In this document: piece after piece, positions 19,469-29,426 of the stretch
Position numbering within the stretch: position 1 is the stretch's first letter
How the letters are laid out: every line of letters starts with the position of its first letter
Assembly (NCBI GenBank): GCA_052168235.1
Contig: JBQLZK010000066.1
Coordinates: 1 to 39,424, forward strand
Reading direction: 5' to 3'
DNA length: 39,424 bases
Source of the DNA: Thainema sp.
GTDB taxonomy: Bacteria; Cyanobacteriota; Cyanobacteriia; Phormidesmidales; Phormidesmidaceae
Position numbers and translations under genes: made by a program
Notes under the pieces: model-generated
Told to the model about the DNA's origin: nothing
What the model saw: the letters and a program-made list of their open reading frames with translations, nothing else
Database searches by the model: none

Positions 19469-19991
19469 GTGTTGGGGGAAGTGCGATCGCGCGTGTGGTG
19501 AAGCTGGCGGATCATGGGGATAAGGTGCTGGGGAAGTGCGATCTCGAATACCTATTCTGCTTAATTTGTGAAAAAAATTAGATGTTATTGAGCAGATCTG
19601 AGGTACAACTACGGAAGTCAGAGTGCTCTTTGCTACATTAGACCAGTTGCTGGTTTCAAAAGAAGATAAGAGGAAGTAATTAGTGAGACAGTCTAGCAAT
19701 CCCGCTTTACGCCGGCTGTATGAAGATGGTTGTTTGGGTGCAAAAAATTGTTAGGAGAGCAGGCTCATTAGCTAACTCTGTATAAAGCTTTTGTACTCAT
19801 TTGTCGAGATGATCTGCTAGCCTGAAGCATTCAGAAAATGCGGTTTAGAGAAAAACATTGTGTTGCAACTTTGTCATAATCCCATACGTAGATCATCGTA
19901 TTTTCTCAAGCGTTAGTTTTGGCTAGAGTTCAGATAGGTAATTTATAAAAGTTCCTGTTTGTTAACTACTCACTATGCCAAGGAGATAATT

Positions 19992-20558
19992 ATGCCGCCG
20001 ATTAATAATTTAACAATTCAATCTATATGGGAGCGTGGTCCTCGGGCAATTCAGGGTTGGTACTTTAATACGGTTGATTTGAATACAGGTGTGGGAGGTG
20101 CATATATTTATGCTGGTTGGCAGCGGGGCAATAACCATCCAATAACTTCTTTAGGATTTGGTGCATATTCCACTAGTCAGCAAGATAATCCCTGGCCAGG
20201 TTGGAACTGGAATATGAATGACCTAAATCGAGGTGCTGGTGGAAGATTCATATACATGTTTTGGCGCTCTAGTCCAGGTTATCGTCCAATCTACAATATT
20301 ACATTTCTCGTAACAGGATTGAGCTCGCCTCCTTCAATACCCGGATATCGAGCAATTTCAGTAGATCTAAATATGGGGTCAGATGGTCCGTATATTTGGC
20401 CGTATGTTACATATGATTCAAATCTAGGAAGTGACGCTGCATTCAAAGGTTTTGACTTACGAGAAGGTGAAGTAGTAAAAGTCTTTAACCACGCTGATCT
20501 GAAGGAAGAGGAGAAAGTTTATAAAACCTATGTTGAAGAATTAGCAAAAGCTGAGTAA
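19992..20558 (+). CDS. Stand-alone MABP (beta-prism)-like repeat protein
   Basis: Three repeats: VDLNTGVGGAYIY, NDLNRGAGGRFIY and VDLNMGSDGPYIW. RBS AAGGAG precedes ATG 19992. Confidence 0.65.
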   Translation: MPPINNLTIQSIWERGPRAIQGWYFNTVDLNTGVGGAYIYAGWQRGNNHPITSLGFGAYSTSQQDNPWPGWNWNMNDLNRGAGGRFIYMFWRSSPGYRPIYNITFLVTGLSSPPSIPGYRAISVDLNMGSDGPYIWPYVTYDSNLGSDAAFKGFDLREGEVVKVFNHADLKEEEKVYKTYVEELAKAE

Positions 20559-20845
20559 GAACTACTATTTGGCTGCGTAATTCTACTATGCTTCTAAACT
20601 AGCGAGGCTGCGATCTTTATGCAGTAGGAAAGACTTGTCTGCTTATGGGCACTTGCGATCAGGTTTTTTCCTACTATGGCAGTTTGCTTAGAGTAGACTG
20701 AGGCACGAAACCTAACACCTACAGATTGTAGCCATCACTAAGTGCGATCGCATCTCTAGCATAGTGTGCGTTCCTTAATGCAACTTTTTTTACTTCATTG
20801 GTAAATCGCTGGGAACGCACCTTGCTCATGTATTTCTTTGATTAA

Positions 20846-21874
20846 TTAAACCATCTGCCACGTCATCTCCTGCCCTGCCCCTAACGGCACCAGCCCAGAT
20901 TCAACAAATGGCACCTCATCCGGCACTCGCCAGGTCGTTTTCGTTAGCGTAATCTGTTCCGTATTGCGCGGGAGCTGATAAAAATCTGGCCCATAGAAGC
21001 TCGCAAACGCCTCCAGTTTATCCAGTGCATCAACGCTTTCAAATGCTTCTGCGTATAGCTCCAGGGCGTGCAGAGCCGAAAAACAACCCGCACAGCCGCA
21101 GGAACTTTCCTTGCTGTTGCGGGGATGGGGAGCGCTATCAGTCCCCAGAAAAAACTTAGGATTGCCCGATGTTGCCGCTTGCAGAATAGCTTGGCGATGC
21201 TGCTCCCGCTTCAAAATCGGCAGGCAATAAAAATGGGGACTAATGCCACCTTTGAATAGGCTATTGCGGTTAAACAGCAAATGCTGTGGCGTAATCGTGG
21301 CCGCCATATTGTCGGCAGATTGAACAAACTGTACCGCGTCCGATGTCGTAATGTGCTCCAGCACCACGCGCAGGTTGGGAAATCTTTGCTTGAGCGGCAT
21401 CAAATGCTGCTCTATAAACACTTTCTCCCGATCGAACACATCCACATCCTGATTGGTCACTTCCCCGTGCAGCAACAGCGGCATATCAACCTGCTGCATC
21501 GCCTCAAAAACGCGATCGCACTTGCGAATGTCGGTCACACCAGATTCTGAATTGGTGGTGGCTCCGGCTGGATAGTACTTGACCGCTTTGACAAACTGGG
21601 CTTCCTTGGCCGCAATAATCTCGTCGGGACTGGTGTTGTCAGTTAGGTAGAGCGTCATCAGTGGCTCAAACTGCTGGCCTGCTGGCATGGCCGCCAAAAT
21701 GCGATCTCGATAGGCTGCTGCATCCGCCACCGTGCGGACTGGCGGCTTCAAGTTTGGCATGATGATGGCACGGGCAAACTGGCGCACCGTATGGGGTAGA
21801 ACCGCTTTCAGTGCTGCGCCATCGCGGAGATGTAGATGCCAGTCGTCGGGTCGGGTAATGGTAAGCTGCTGCAT
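20846..21874 (-). CDS. pyrC: Dihydroorotase, homodimeric E. coli type
   Basis: [35 protein letters not shown] and FLGTDSAPH. Confidence 0.96.
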   Translation of the reverse strand: MQQLTITRPDDWHLHLRDGAALKAVLPHTVRQFARAIIMPNLKPPVRTVADAAAYRDRILAAMPAGQQFEPLMTLYLTDNTSPDEIIAAKEAQFVKAVKYYPAGATTNSESGVTDIRKCDRVFEAMQQVDMPLLLHGEVTNQDVDVFDREKVFIEQHLMPLKQRFPNLRVVLEHITTSDAVQFVQSADNMAATITPQHLLFNRNSLFKGGISPHFYCLPILKREQHRQAILQAATSGNPKFFLGTDSAPHPRNSKESSCGCAGCFSALHALELYAEAFESVDALDKLEAFASFYGPDFYQLPRNTEQITLTKTTWRVPDEVPFVESGLVPLGAGQEMTWQMV

Positions 21875-21951
21875 TCTTTCATTATAAAACTGGGAGTGCG
21901 ATCAAGTCCTACGTTGCTGAGTGTTGAGTGTGGGGAAGTGCGATCGCGCTT

Positions 21952-22269
21952 TCAATTTTCTCCATTGAGCAGGCTTTGAATATCCTGAGCACCATAAAGA
22001 ACTCTGACAATCTCAATGTTCTCTTTATCAATATGGTAGAAGATCAGGTGTCGTTTGAAGCCTTTAACATGCCATTTGCGTAGGTCTTTCAGACGCTCGT
22101 TTTCGCTAAGGTAGGGGCCATCAATGCCAGGCATACGAGCTAAATCAGCAAAGGTTTGTCGAGCCGCATCAAAAAACTCAAGTGCTTTGTCAAAATCGTT
22201 TTCTGCTAAGTAATCAAAGTGCTTCCGTAAATCTAGACGAGCTGGTGGCGAGACAACAATTTTTCTCAT
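21952..22269 (-). CDS. parE: ParE/RelE-family toxin
   Basis: ARLDL...Y.A...LR.W.V.GF.RHLIFY...IEIVRVLYG.QD. Confidence 0.85.
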   Translation of the reverse strand: MRKIVVSPPARLDLRKHFDYLAENDFDKALEFFDAARQTFADLARMPGIDGPYLSENERLKDLRKWHVKGFKRHLIFYHIDKENIEIVRVLYGAQDIQSLLNGEN

Positions 22270-22274
22270 CAGGT

Positions 22275-22538
22275 TTATTGCCCCTGATAGTGCTCAATCA
22301 GATCTTGCCGTTCTTGTTCCCACCAGTCGTCTGTTGCTTCAATGCCTTCTTGACGGTCTAAGCTATCAAGCCCTTTGATCAATAAGCCGTCTAGGGTTTC
22401 TTTGGCCTGTTTATGGTGCCGATCGCGCTGTACTAATGCCAGAAAGTATTCGCTAGCGGATGCATAACCTGCTTCTGCAATTTGTTCCTCAACATAGGCT
22501 TGCAAGTCGTCGGGTAGGGAAATGCTAATGTTGCTCAT
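22275..22538 (-). CDS. parD: ParD-like ribbon-helix-helix antitoxin
   Basis: ISISLPDDLQAYVEEQI..GYASASEY. Lies 5 bp upstream of the toxin. Confidence 0.85.
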   Translation of the reverse strand: MSNISISLPDDLQAYVEEQIAEAGYASASEYFLALVQRDRHHKQAKETLDGLLIKGLDSLDRQEGIEATDDWWEQERQDLIEHYQGQ

Positions 22539-22689
22539 CTGATTCCATTGGCAGTTTTTCCTATTTTACTGTTCCTTGCTTGGAGAGTTTGACTGACAGG
22601 TAGTTAATGGTTAATGCAGATGTTCGGTTCCATTGTGCGATCGCACTTTTCTTGTCTTTACCAGAAGTATGCGATTGCGTAACCTGATT

Positions 22690-23355
22690 TTAATTATGTC
22701 TGGAAGTGATTCCGCTAAAATGGGTTTCGAAGAATAACCAAATACCTAGAAGAATAGGTAATCCGGCAAGCACCTGAACGAAACTCAAGAGACCGCCAAC
22801 TATGTTGATACGATCTCGATAATGCCGCGTGTTGCCTGCTTCACCGTGTTTGAATGCCTCCATATCTGTTAACGCATCATCAAGGCTGAGCAACACCTTT
22901 TTCCCATCAACGACTTTCTCTAATTGAGACAAAGTATGAGCAGGATACAGGAGATATAGTCTATCTACATCGTCTAGCATGAGCTGATATGAAGATTCTC
23001 CTTCGGCTCTCACAACTCTATGCTGTTTAATTGGATTTAGGAGTTCAAGCGAATTCTCTTGCTTAAAGAGCCCATAAATCAGGGTTCTTTGTCGTTGGCA
23101 GCTGATACTAACCTGACGCTCGCACATTAAGCTGATCTGACCACTTGCTGTTATTAAATATAAACACCAGGCTAGCAAAGCTGCAGCTAGAAAACATCGG
23201 ATTGCCAGAAGCACAGGTGAGATAACGATATTTCTTTGCTGAAAAGGCTCAATGAGGAATAGTCCGCCTACCATCGAAATGGGGCACAGTAACAACAGAC
23301 CATAACTAGTATATTTTATTACCTTAAGTAGTAGATCAACAGGTAGAGGAAGCAT
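22690..23355 (-). CDS. Hypothetical membrane protein
   Basis: 221 aa with about 3 hydrophobic segments. No recognised family. Confidence 0.55.
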   Translation of the reverse strand: MLPLPVDLLLKVIKYTSYGLLLLCPISMVGGLFLIEPFQQRNIVISPVLLAIRCFLAAALLAWCLYLITASGQISLMCERQVSISCQRQRTLIYGLFKQENSLELLNPIKQHRVVRAEGESSYQLMLDDVDRLYLLYPAHTLSQLEKVVDGKKVLLSLDDALTDMEAFKHGEAGNTRHYRDRINIVGGLLSFVQVLAGLPILLGIWLFFETHFSGITSRHN

Positions 23356-23432
23356 TGTAAGAAGGTTTAGTCAGCTAAAGTGCAAGTCTCGTAAATTGAA
23401 TATTTATCTTTGCTGCATGCATTGGGAAATCT

Positions 23433-25604
23433 TTACAAATGCAGCAATCGCCGTAACTTTTTATCCAACTCATCTGTAATTGCGCGATCGCCGCGTTCCA
23501 ATTTGCCTACATAATCCGCACTAATTCCCAGGAAACCGCCTAGCTCTTTGCGGCTCCAGCCGCGCTTTGTGCGACCTGCCCGCATTTGTTCTCCAGTCAG
23601 TGGATCAACGGGAGGTGCAGCCGGAATTTGCTTCGGACGCTTGGGTTCTTTGACTTTTGAAAGCAGTACTGGAATCGGATGAGGGGGGCGAATCGTGAGC
23701 TTCGCTCGGAGGATGCGCTCAATGATTTTTACCTTGCGCCAGTCCTTCGGCTTCTTCGCTTTGCTGCCCGGTTGTAGCCAATCCGGATAGGTTTCTGGAT
23801 CAAACTCAATGTGCCAGCCCAAGTCCATCAAAAGCTTGAGAGCCTTATTCCAGCGGTTTTTCAGGTCGCGAGCTTTGTACTTGTCGGTCAGCGCCTTGTC
23901 AATTTCGGCAGTGGCGATCACCTCTTCCAGCAGGCTTTTCACTTTGTAGTCATAGGGGTTCTGATTGCGTACCCGCACCCGCGAATCAAGCGTGAGCTGA
24001 ATTGCCAGCCGCAGCGCCATTTCGTTGTGATAGGGGTCAATTTGCAGGATATCGCGGGCTAGATAGCCAAACTGGTGCAGCGCTTCTCGGGCGCGGTTTC
24101 CAGCCCGGTTGAGGAAGTGCTTCGTCCAGAGGCCGGGGCTGACGGTGATATAGATCTCTTCCGGACGCTCAATTTTGCCTGTGACCCAGTCAATTTGGCC
24201 GTGGGGGTCAATCAGTACGTCCCACATGCGGCCAATCGGTGTGCTGGCATCAACCTTGCGTTTGCCGTGACCTTCGGCCCAGACGGATTTCACTAGCAGA
24301 CAGGACAGCGCATAGGCAGTGCTGGCGACGGAGTTGCGCTTTTCGGACAGGCTGGTGTTGTGGTTTCGCTCCCAGCCCAGCAGCTGAATAATGTCGCTGG
24401 CTTTGAGCGTAAACGTGCTTTTCCACGGCTCGTCTTCTTCCATTGTGCGGGCGGCAAAGATGAGCTGGAGCTTGACGGTGTCAAAACCGAACTTATCGAT
24501 GATTTGCTCGGCGGCTTCCCAGGGCAGCATGGCGATGTCGCCGGGGCTGGTGATGTAGTGCTCGATAAAGTTGGCTGGATTGGATTTGCTGCGATACTGA
24601 AAAACGGCTAGATCATCTTCGCTTTGCTGCCACAGGTCGGGACGGAGCTGAGCGCGGATGCTGCTGGCAATGGGGATGGCGGTGGGTAAGGGCGTGACCG
24701 GAGCCAGATCGAGGCTGGTGTCGGTAGGGGAGGGGGTGCGCTGCTTCAGCCCCAAAAGCCGCTCGATGTCTTGCACAGAGCAGTTGGGCAGGTTCAAACC
24801 TTCGATAATTCGCTGGGTGATGTCGTGGCAGTAGATTTGGCCGAAGAAGCTGATCTTGGTGTGTAGTTCCGATGGATCGGAGCTTTTCAAGTAGGAGTCG
24901 ATGGTTTGTCGCACTTCAGTGTGGGTAAAGTTTTGGATACCGTCGTTAGTGAGTTTGGTTTCGGCTTCTTCTAGTGCCCAGATGACCAGATTTGCACCAA
25001 TCGCACGGGCAAATTCTTCGCGAAAGTCCACATGACTGAAAAAGTCTGCTAGGCAGCTTTTCAGGTAGGCGCGGGTTTCTTCTTCGTCGAGGACAATTTC
25101 GAGCTGATTGGCTTTTTTGCGGCGACCTTTGGCCAGCTTGAAGTGGGGCAGGCTGATGTCGAGGGCTTCGAGCCCTTGGGTTTGAATCGTTTCTTCGATG
25201 CGCTGCTGGTAGGCTTCAAATAAAGCTTGGAAAAGCTGCAGGGTAATTAGATCCGGCAGCGAGGAGGCATCGCGCAGGATGACGGTGAGCTGATCGAGAA
25301 AGTCGGGGGTAAGGGTATCGTTGACCAATTGCGCCCGGTAGTAGCCTTTTTCGGAGGGATCAGAGGATTGGCTGGTTTGCGATCGCACATCCACATCCAC
25401 ATCCACATCTCCATTATCAGCATTTTGTTCGGGATTGAGCTGAATGGTGATTTTCCAACTGTCGGAGTCCCCGGTGTTAAGCGGAGGAGCAGACGGATTC
25501 GATTGGGAGAGGGAGTGGTTGGTTTTGGACATTGCCAGGTGGAATCGTGGGTCTGCGATGGTAACAGTGGGTGTCAGAAGGATGCCGTTAAGTCTGGTTG
25601 ACAC
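23433..25604 (-). CDS. Large DNA-binding protein: putative tandem winged-helix (initiator-like) core plus C-terminal Xre HTH
   Basis: C-terminal Xre HTH LTGEQMRAGRTKRGWSRKELGGFLGISADYVGKLERGDR. Core has FTLKASDIIQLLGW and YKVKSLLEEV...LKNRWNKALKLL. Start is GTG 25604 or ATG 25532. Confidence 0.7.
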   Translation of the reverse strand: MSTRLNGILLTPTVTIADPRFHLAMSKTNHSLSQSNPSAPPLNTGDSDSWKITIQLNPEQNADNGDVDVDVDVRSQTSQSSDPSEKGYYRAQLVNDTLTPDFLDQLTVILRDASSLPDLITLQLFQALFEAYQQRIEETIQTQGLEALDISLPHFKLAKGRRKKANQLEIVLDEEETRAYLKSCLADFFSHVDFREEFARAIGANLVIWALEEAETKLTNDGIQNFTHTEVRQTIDSYLKSSDPSELHTKISFFGQIYCHDITQRIIEGLNLPNCSVQDIERLLGLKQRTPSPTDTSLDLAPVTPLPTAIPIASSIRAQLRPDLWQQSEDDLAVFQYRSKSNPANFIEHYITSPGDIAMLPWEAAEQIIDKFGFDTVKLQLIFAARTMEEDEPWKSTFTLKASDIIQLLGWERNHNTSLSEKRNSVASTAYALSCLLVKSVWAEGHGKRKVDASTPIGRMWDVLIDPHGQIDWVTGKIERPEEIYITVSPGLWTKHFLNRAGNRAREALHQFGYLARDILQIDPYHNEMALRLAIQLTLDSRVRVRNQNPYDYKVKSLLEEVIATAEIDKALTDKYKARDLKNRWNKALKLLMDLGWHIEFDPETYPDWLQPGSKAKKPKDWRKVKIIERILRAKLTIRPPHPIPVLLSKVKEPKRPKQIPAAPPVDPLTGEQMRAGRTKRGWSRKELGGFLGISADYVGKLERGDRAITDELDKKLRRLLHL

Positions 25605-25672
25605 GATATTATGCCAATTCTTGCCAAGAGAATCAAAAGGCTTAAGAAATCCTTGATGAAGTACAAAGTGAA

Positions 25673-25726
25673 TAGTTTATTCGTGTTACTTTTAGGTATG
25701 TGATTGAAAGCGACACGAATAAACTA
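25673..25726. promoter_or_regulatory. 20-bp imperfect inverted repeat (14-bp perfect core) upstream of the HTH gene; candidate operator
   Basis: TAGTTTATTCGTGTTACTTT-N14-AAAGCGACACGAATAAACTA. Confidence 0.55.
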
Positions 25727-25935
25727 ATAGTACCGTTCACCTCACATCGCGCATATTTCTCCAAATAGAGTTTTTGCAGAGCGATGACCTGCAAAAAAAT
25801 TCCGACTAGTTGAGGTCGCTTAAAGTGCCAGTGAGATTTAACAATAGGTGTTGCGATCGCATAGCACTCCAGTCCAACTATTTATGCCCCAGAGTACAGG
25901 TGGAGCGAAGCATAAAACGCTCCGCTCCGTATACC

Positions 25936-27429
25936 CTATGAATTGAGCAGTTTGGCCAAGGTAGTCTGAGTATCTGATTCATAGAGCTGGTGCAGATACT
26001 GAGTCACTGCATCGGCGAATTGGGAGGACTGGGGCAAGTCCCCAAAAATTTCGGACAGGTTGAGCAGCGGCATCGGATCAGCACCACCCGCTTGCGCCCG
26101 TTCCGACAGACTGTCGGCCATCGGGTCGTCCAGCGGCAGGTCGTGGCCCTGATCATCCTTACCGTTTAGGTAGCGGAACCAGGCGGCAATGGTGAAACTC
26201 AGGTAGTCAATTGAGCCATTCTGATCGAGCTTGTCCCGTATGGAACCAAGCATCCACTTGGGCAGCTTAGCTGAGCTGTTGAGGCAGAGGCGAGGAAGCT
26301 GATCGCGAATCTTCGGGTTTGAGAATCGCTCGATTAACGTCTGCTTATACTGACTAACGTCAATACCGGGAACAGGCCGCAGCGTGGGCGTAACTTCATC
26401 CATCAGCCGCTCTGCCGCCTGCCGAATTTGGTCGTCGGCCATCGCCTCATGAACGTAGGTATAGCCCTTGAGTGAACCCAAATAACCAATCAGCAGATGG
26501 CTGGTGTTGAGCAGACGGATTTTCATCATCTCGTAGGGATGCACGTCGTCCGTCATCTGCACACCCACCGATTCCAAATCGGGGCGACCGTTGCAGAAGC
26601 GGTCTTCCACCACCCACTGAGTAAAGGGTTCCGCCACTACAGGCCAGGCATCGTCAATATGGAACTGGTCGGCCACCATTTCGAGATCGGCAGGCGTGGT
26701 GGCGGGAGTAATCCGATCCACCATGCAGTTGGGGAAGGCGACGTTCTCAGCAATCCAGTTACCCAAGTCGGGATTTTGGTGTTTGGCAAAGGTGGTCAGC
26801 ATCTTGCCGACCATATCGCCATTGCCCTGGATGTTATCGCAGGAGAGGACGGTAAAGGGAGCCATACCCCGCTGCCGCCGCCGCGCCAGCGCCGCTGTCA
26901 AGAAACCGTAGACCCCGTAGGGTTCGTTAGGGTTCTGCAAATCATGCTGAATCGTCGGGTGGTTTACGTCAAACTCACCGCTGCCTTCGACCACGTAGTA
27001 GCCGCCTTCAGTAATGGTCAGCGTGACGATCCGACACTGTGAATCGGCCAGGGTTTCAATTACGGCCTCCCGGTCATCCGGTGCAAACAGATAGCGGGTA
27101 ATCGAGCCGATCACACGGGCCTCATCACCGTCTGGAGAGCGCTCCACCAGCGTATACAGACAGTCTTGGGAGTGCAAAGCATCCCGCATTTTGCTGTCGA
27201 ACTCTAGTAGGCCAACGCCGCAGATACTCCAGTCGCTGCCGGGGTTTTGTTCCAGATAGTTATCCATGTAGAGCGCCTGATGCGCCCGATGGAAGCCGCC
27301 AACGCCAAAGTGGACAATGCCGTGGGTCACCTGGCTACGATCGTACCTAGGAATACGTACCTGATTCGGCAACTGTGAAAGGTTCCGCTCATTCAGCTTG
27401 ACGATGGATTTGGTGGGGTTGCTGTTCAT
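25936..27429 (-). CDS. mtlK: Mannitol 2-dehydrogenase (long-chain polyol dehydrogenase)
   Basis: HFGVGGFHRAHQA, LTITEGGY, LSCDN, FPNCMVDRITP and MKIRLLN. Confidence 0.9.
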   Translation of the reverse strand: MNSNPTKSIVKLNERNLSQLPNQVRIPRYDRSQVTHGIVHFGVGGFHRAHQALYMDNYLEQNPGSDWSICGVGLLEFDSKMRDALHSQDCLYTLVERSPDGDEARVIGSITRYLFAPDDREAVIETLADSQCRIVTLTITEGGYYVVEGSGEFDVNHPTIQHDLQNPNEPYGVYGFLTAALARRRQRGMAPFTVLSCDNIQGNGDMVGKMLTTFAKHQNPDLGNWIAENVAFPNCMVDRITPATTPADLEMVADQFHIDDAWPVVAEPFTQWVVEDRFCNGRPDLESVGVQMTDDVHPYEMMKIRLLNTSHLLIGYLGSLKGYTYVHEAMADDQIRQAAERLMDEVTPTLRPVPGIDVSQYKQTLIERFSNPKIRDQLPRLCLNSSAKLPKWMLGSIRDKLDQNGSIDYLSFTIAAWFRYLNGKDDQGHDLPLDDPMADSLSERAQAGGADPMPLLNLSEIFGDLPQSSQFADAVTQYLHQLYESDTQTTLAKLLNS

Positions 27430-28564
27430 GACTGATTTCTAGGGATTCGTGGGTGTAGTTTCGCGTCAGGTGATGGCGCTCGGCTTTCGGGATAGCTAGG
27501 CCGTTAGCGTCAAACAGGTGGCACAGGTTGCCATCGATATAGATAGGAACGCGATCGCGAACTTTGGCTCGACTGTCGCCATTGGTCTGAACGATAAAGG
27601 TATCGCCGCCAGCAATCTTGACATAGAGGTAGGTTTCGCCCCCTAACCGTTCAACCACCAGCACTTCGCCCATGATTGTGGGATTGTTGGCGTCAATCCG
27701 CAGATGCTCAGGGCGGACGCCCAGAGTAGCGCGATCGCCGGCTGACAACATTTTGGGCTGTACAGGAACGATGACACTGGCATCACCGGGTAGCCGAACG
27801 ACGGTGCCAGAATCCTGGACACCAACGGTTTGCACGGGCAGGAAGTTCATTTTGGGCGAACCAATGAATCCAGCCACAAACAGATTATTAGGATGGTGGT
27901 ACAGCTCCAGCGGAGAGCCAACCTGCTCCACAATGCCGCCCTGTAGCACGACAATTTTGTCGGCCAAGGTCATGGCTTCCACTTGGTCGTGAGTCACGTA
28001 GATCATTGTTGCTTGGAGGCTTTCGTGCAGGCCAGATAGCTCAATCCGCATCTGCACCCGCAGGGCGGCATCCAGGTTAGACAGCGGTTCATCAAACAGG
28101 AATACTTTAGGCTGACGCACTAGCGCTCGACCAATTGCCACCCGCTGCCGCTGTCCACCGGAGAGGGCTTTGGGCTTGCGATCCAGCAGTGGCTCAAGCT
28201 GTAGAATGCGACCGACATCCCGTGCCCGCTCCATCCGCTGCGCTTTCGGGACACCAGCTAGCCGCAGACTAAAGGCCATATTCTCAGCCACGGTCATGTG
28301 GGGATACAGCGCGTAGGTCTGGAACACCATTGCCAGTCCCCGCTTGTCCGGCGGCACATCGTTCATGCGCTCACCATCAATCAGCAGGTCACCAGAGGTG
28401 ATGTCTTCCAGGCCCGCAATCATGCGCAGCAGAGTCGATTTGCCGCAGCCGGAGGGGCCAACGAAAACGACGAATTCCTGGTCATTGATATCCAGATCAA
28501 CGCCTTTAATCACCTCATGATCAACATAGGTTTTATGGATGTCTCTTAATGTGACGGTTGCCAT
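27389..28564 (-). CDS. smoK: Polyol ABC transporter ATP-binding subunit
   Basis: GPSGCGKST, LSGGQRQR, FDEPLSNLD and a TOBE-like tail. Confidence 0.9.
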   Translation of the reverse strand: MATVTLRDIHKTYVDHEVIKGVDLDINDQEFVVFVGPSGCGKSTLLRMIAGLEDITSGDLLIDGERMNDVPPDKRGLAMVFQTYALYPHMTVAENMAFSLRLAGVPKAQRMERARDVGRILQLEPLLDRKPKALSGGQRQRVAIGRALVRQPKVFLFDEPLSNLDAALRVQMRIELSGLHESLQATMIYVTHDQVEAMTLADKIVVLQGGIVEQVGSPLELYHHPNNLFVAGFIGSPKMNFLPVQTVGVQDSGTVVRLPGDASVIVPVQPKMLSAGDRATLGVRPEHLRIDANNPTIMGEVLVVERLGGETYLYVKIAGGDTFIVQTNGDSRAKVRDRVPIYIDGNLCHLFDANGLAIPKAERHHLTRNYTHESLEISHEQQPHQIHRQAE

Positions 28565-28603
28565 CGGTTGCTCACCTTAATAACTGAGAGATTAAAACAA
28601 TTT

Positions 28604-29425
28604 CTACTTGACGGCCCCAAAGGTGAGACCTCGAACCAGTTGCCGCTGGCTGATCCAGCCAAAGATCAGGATCGGTGCGATCGCCATTGTGGAAGCGGCA
28701 GATAACTTGGCCCAGAATAAGCCTTGGGGACTGGAAAACGATGCGATAAACGCCGTCAAGGGAGCGGCATCAAACGTTGTCAGATTCAGGCTCCAAAAGG
28801 CTTCATTCCAGGACAAAATGATTGAGAGAAGCGCAGTTGACGCAATCCCCGGTAGAGCCAGAGGCAGCAGCACATGTACCACTTCCTGCCAGGTGGATGC
28901 GCCATCCATGCGATCAGCTTCCAGAATTTCCTTCGGCACTTCCTTGAAGAAGCTGTAGATCATCCAGACCACAATCGGCAGGTTGATCAGCGTATAGATG
29001 ATAATCAGGCCGATCCGGGTATCGAGCAGCCCCGTTTCCCGCGCCAAGATATAGATCGGCACCAAGACACCAACCGCAGGCAGCATTTTAGTAGACAGCA
29101 TCCACAGCAGCGTACCCTTTGTCCGTTTCGTTGGGAAGAACGACATGGCGTAGGCCGCCGGAATCGCCAGCAGCAGGGCCAAAATTGTGGCTCCGAGGGA
29201 GATAATGACGCTGTTCCAGGCAAAGTTGAAGTAAGAGGCTCGTTCCTGGATGGCAACGTAATTTTCTAAGGTTGGCTGGAAGAAGAGCTGAGGCGGAGTC
29301 GCCACCGCCGCCACTTCCGTCTTGAAGCTGGTGATAAACATCCAGAAGATGGGGAAAAAGAGGAGACAGGCCACCAGCCAGCCCAGCAGAGTTATCCACC
29401 ATTGGTGGGACTTATTACGTGCCAT
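28604..29425 (-). CDS. smoG: Polyol ABC transporter permease (G subunit)
   Basis: LWMLSTKMLPAVG, EAA loop EADRMDGA and QRQLVRGLTFGAVK. Likely start at 29425. Confidence 0.88.
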   Translation of the reverse strand: MARNKSHQWWITLLGWLVACLLFFPIFWMFITSFKTEVAAVATPPQLFFQPTLENYVAIQERASYFNFAWNSVIISLGATILALLLAIPAAYAMSFFPTKRTKGTLLWMLSTKMLPAVGVLVPIYILARETGLLDTRIGLIIIYTLINLPIVVWMIYSFFKEVPKEILEADRMDGASTWQEVVHVLLPLALPGIASTALLSIILSWNEAFWSLNLTTFDAAPLTAFIASFSSPQGLFWAKLSAASTMAIAPILIFGWISQRQLVRGLTFGAVK

Positions 29426-29426
29426 A

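Noticed and set aside
16334..23355. Classical integron
   Set aside because: No IntI or tyrosine recombinase, no recognisable attC sites, and mixed gene orientations.
25387..25410. ACATCC hexamer run
   Set aside because: An in-frame microsatellite (DVDVDV) in a likely disordered region, with no evident function.
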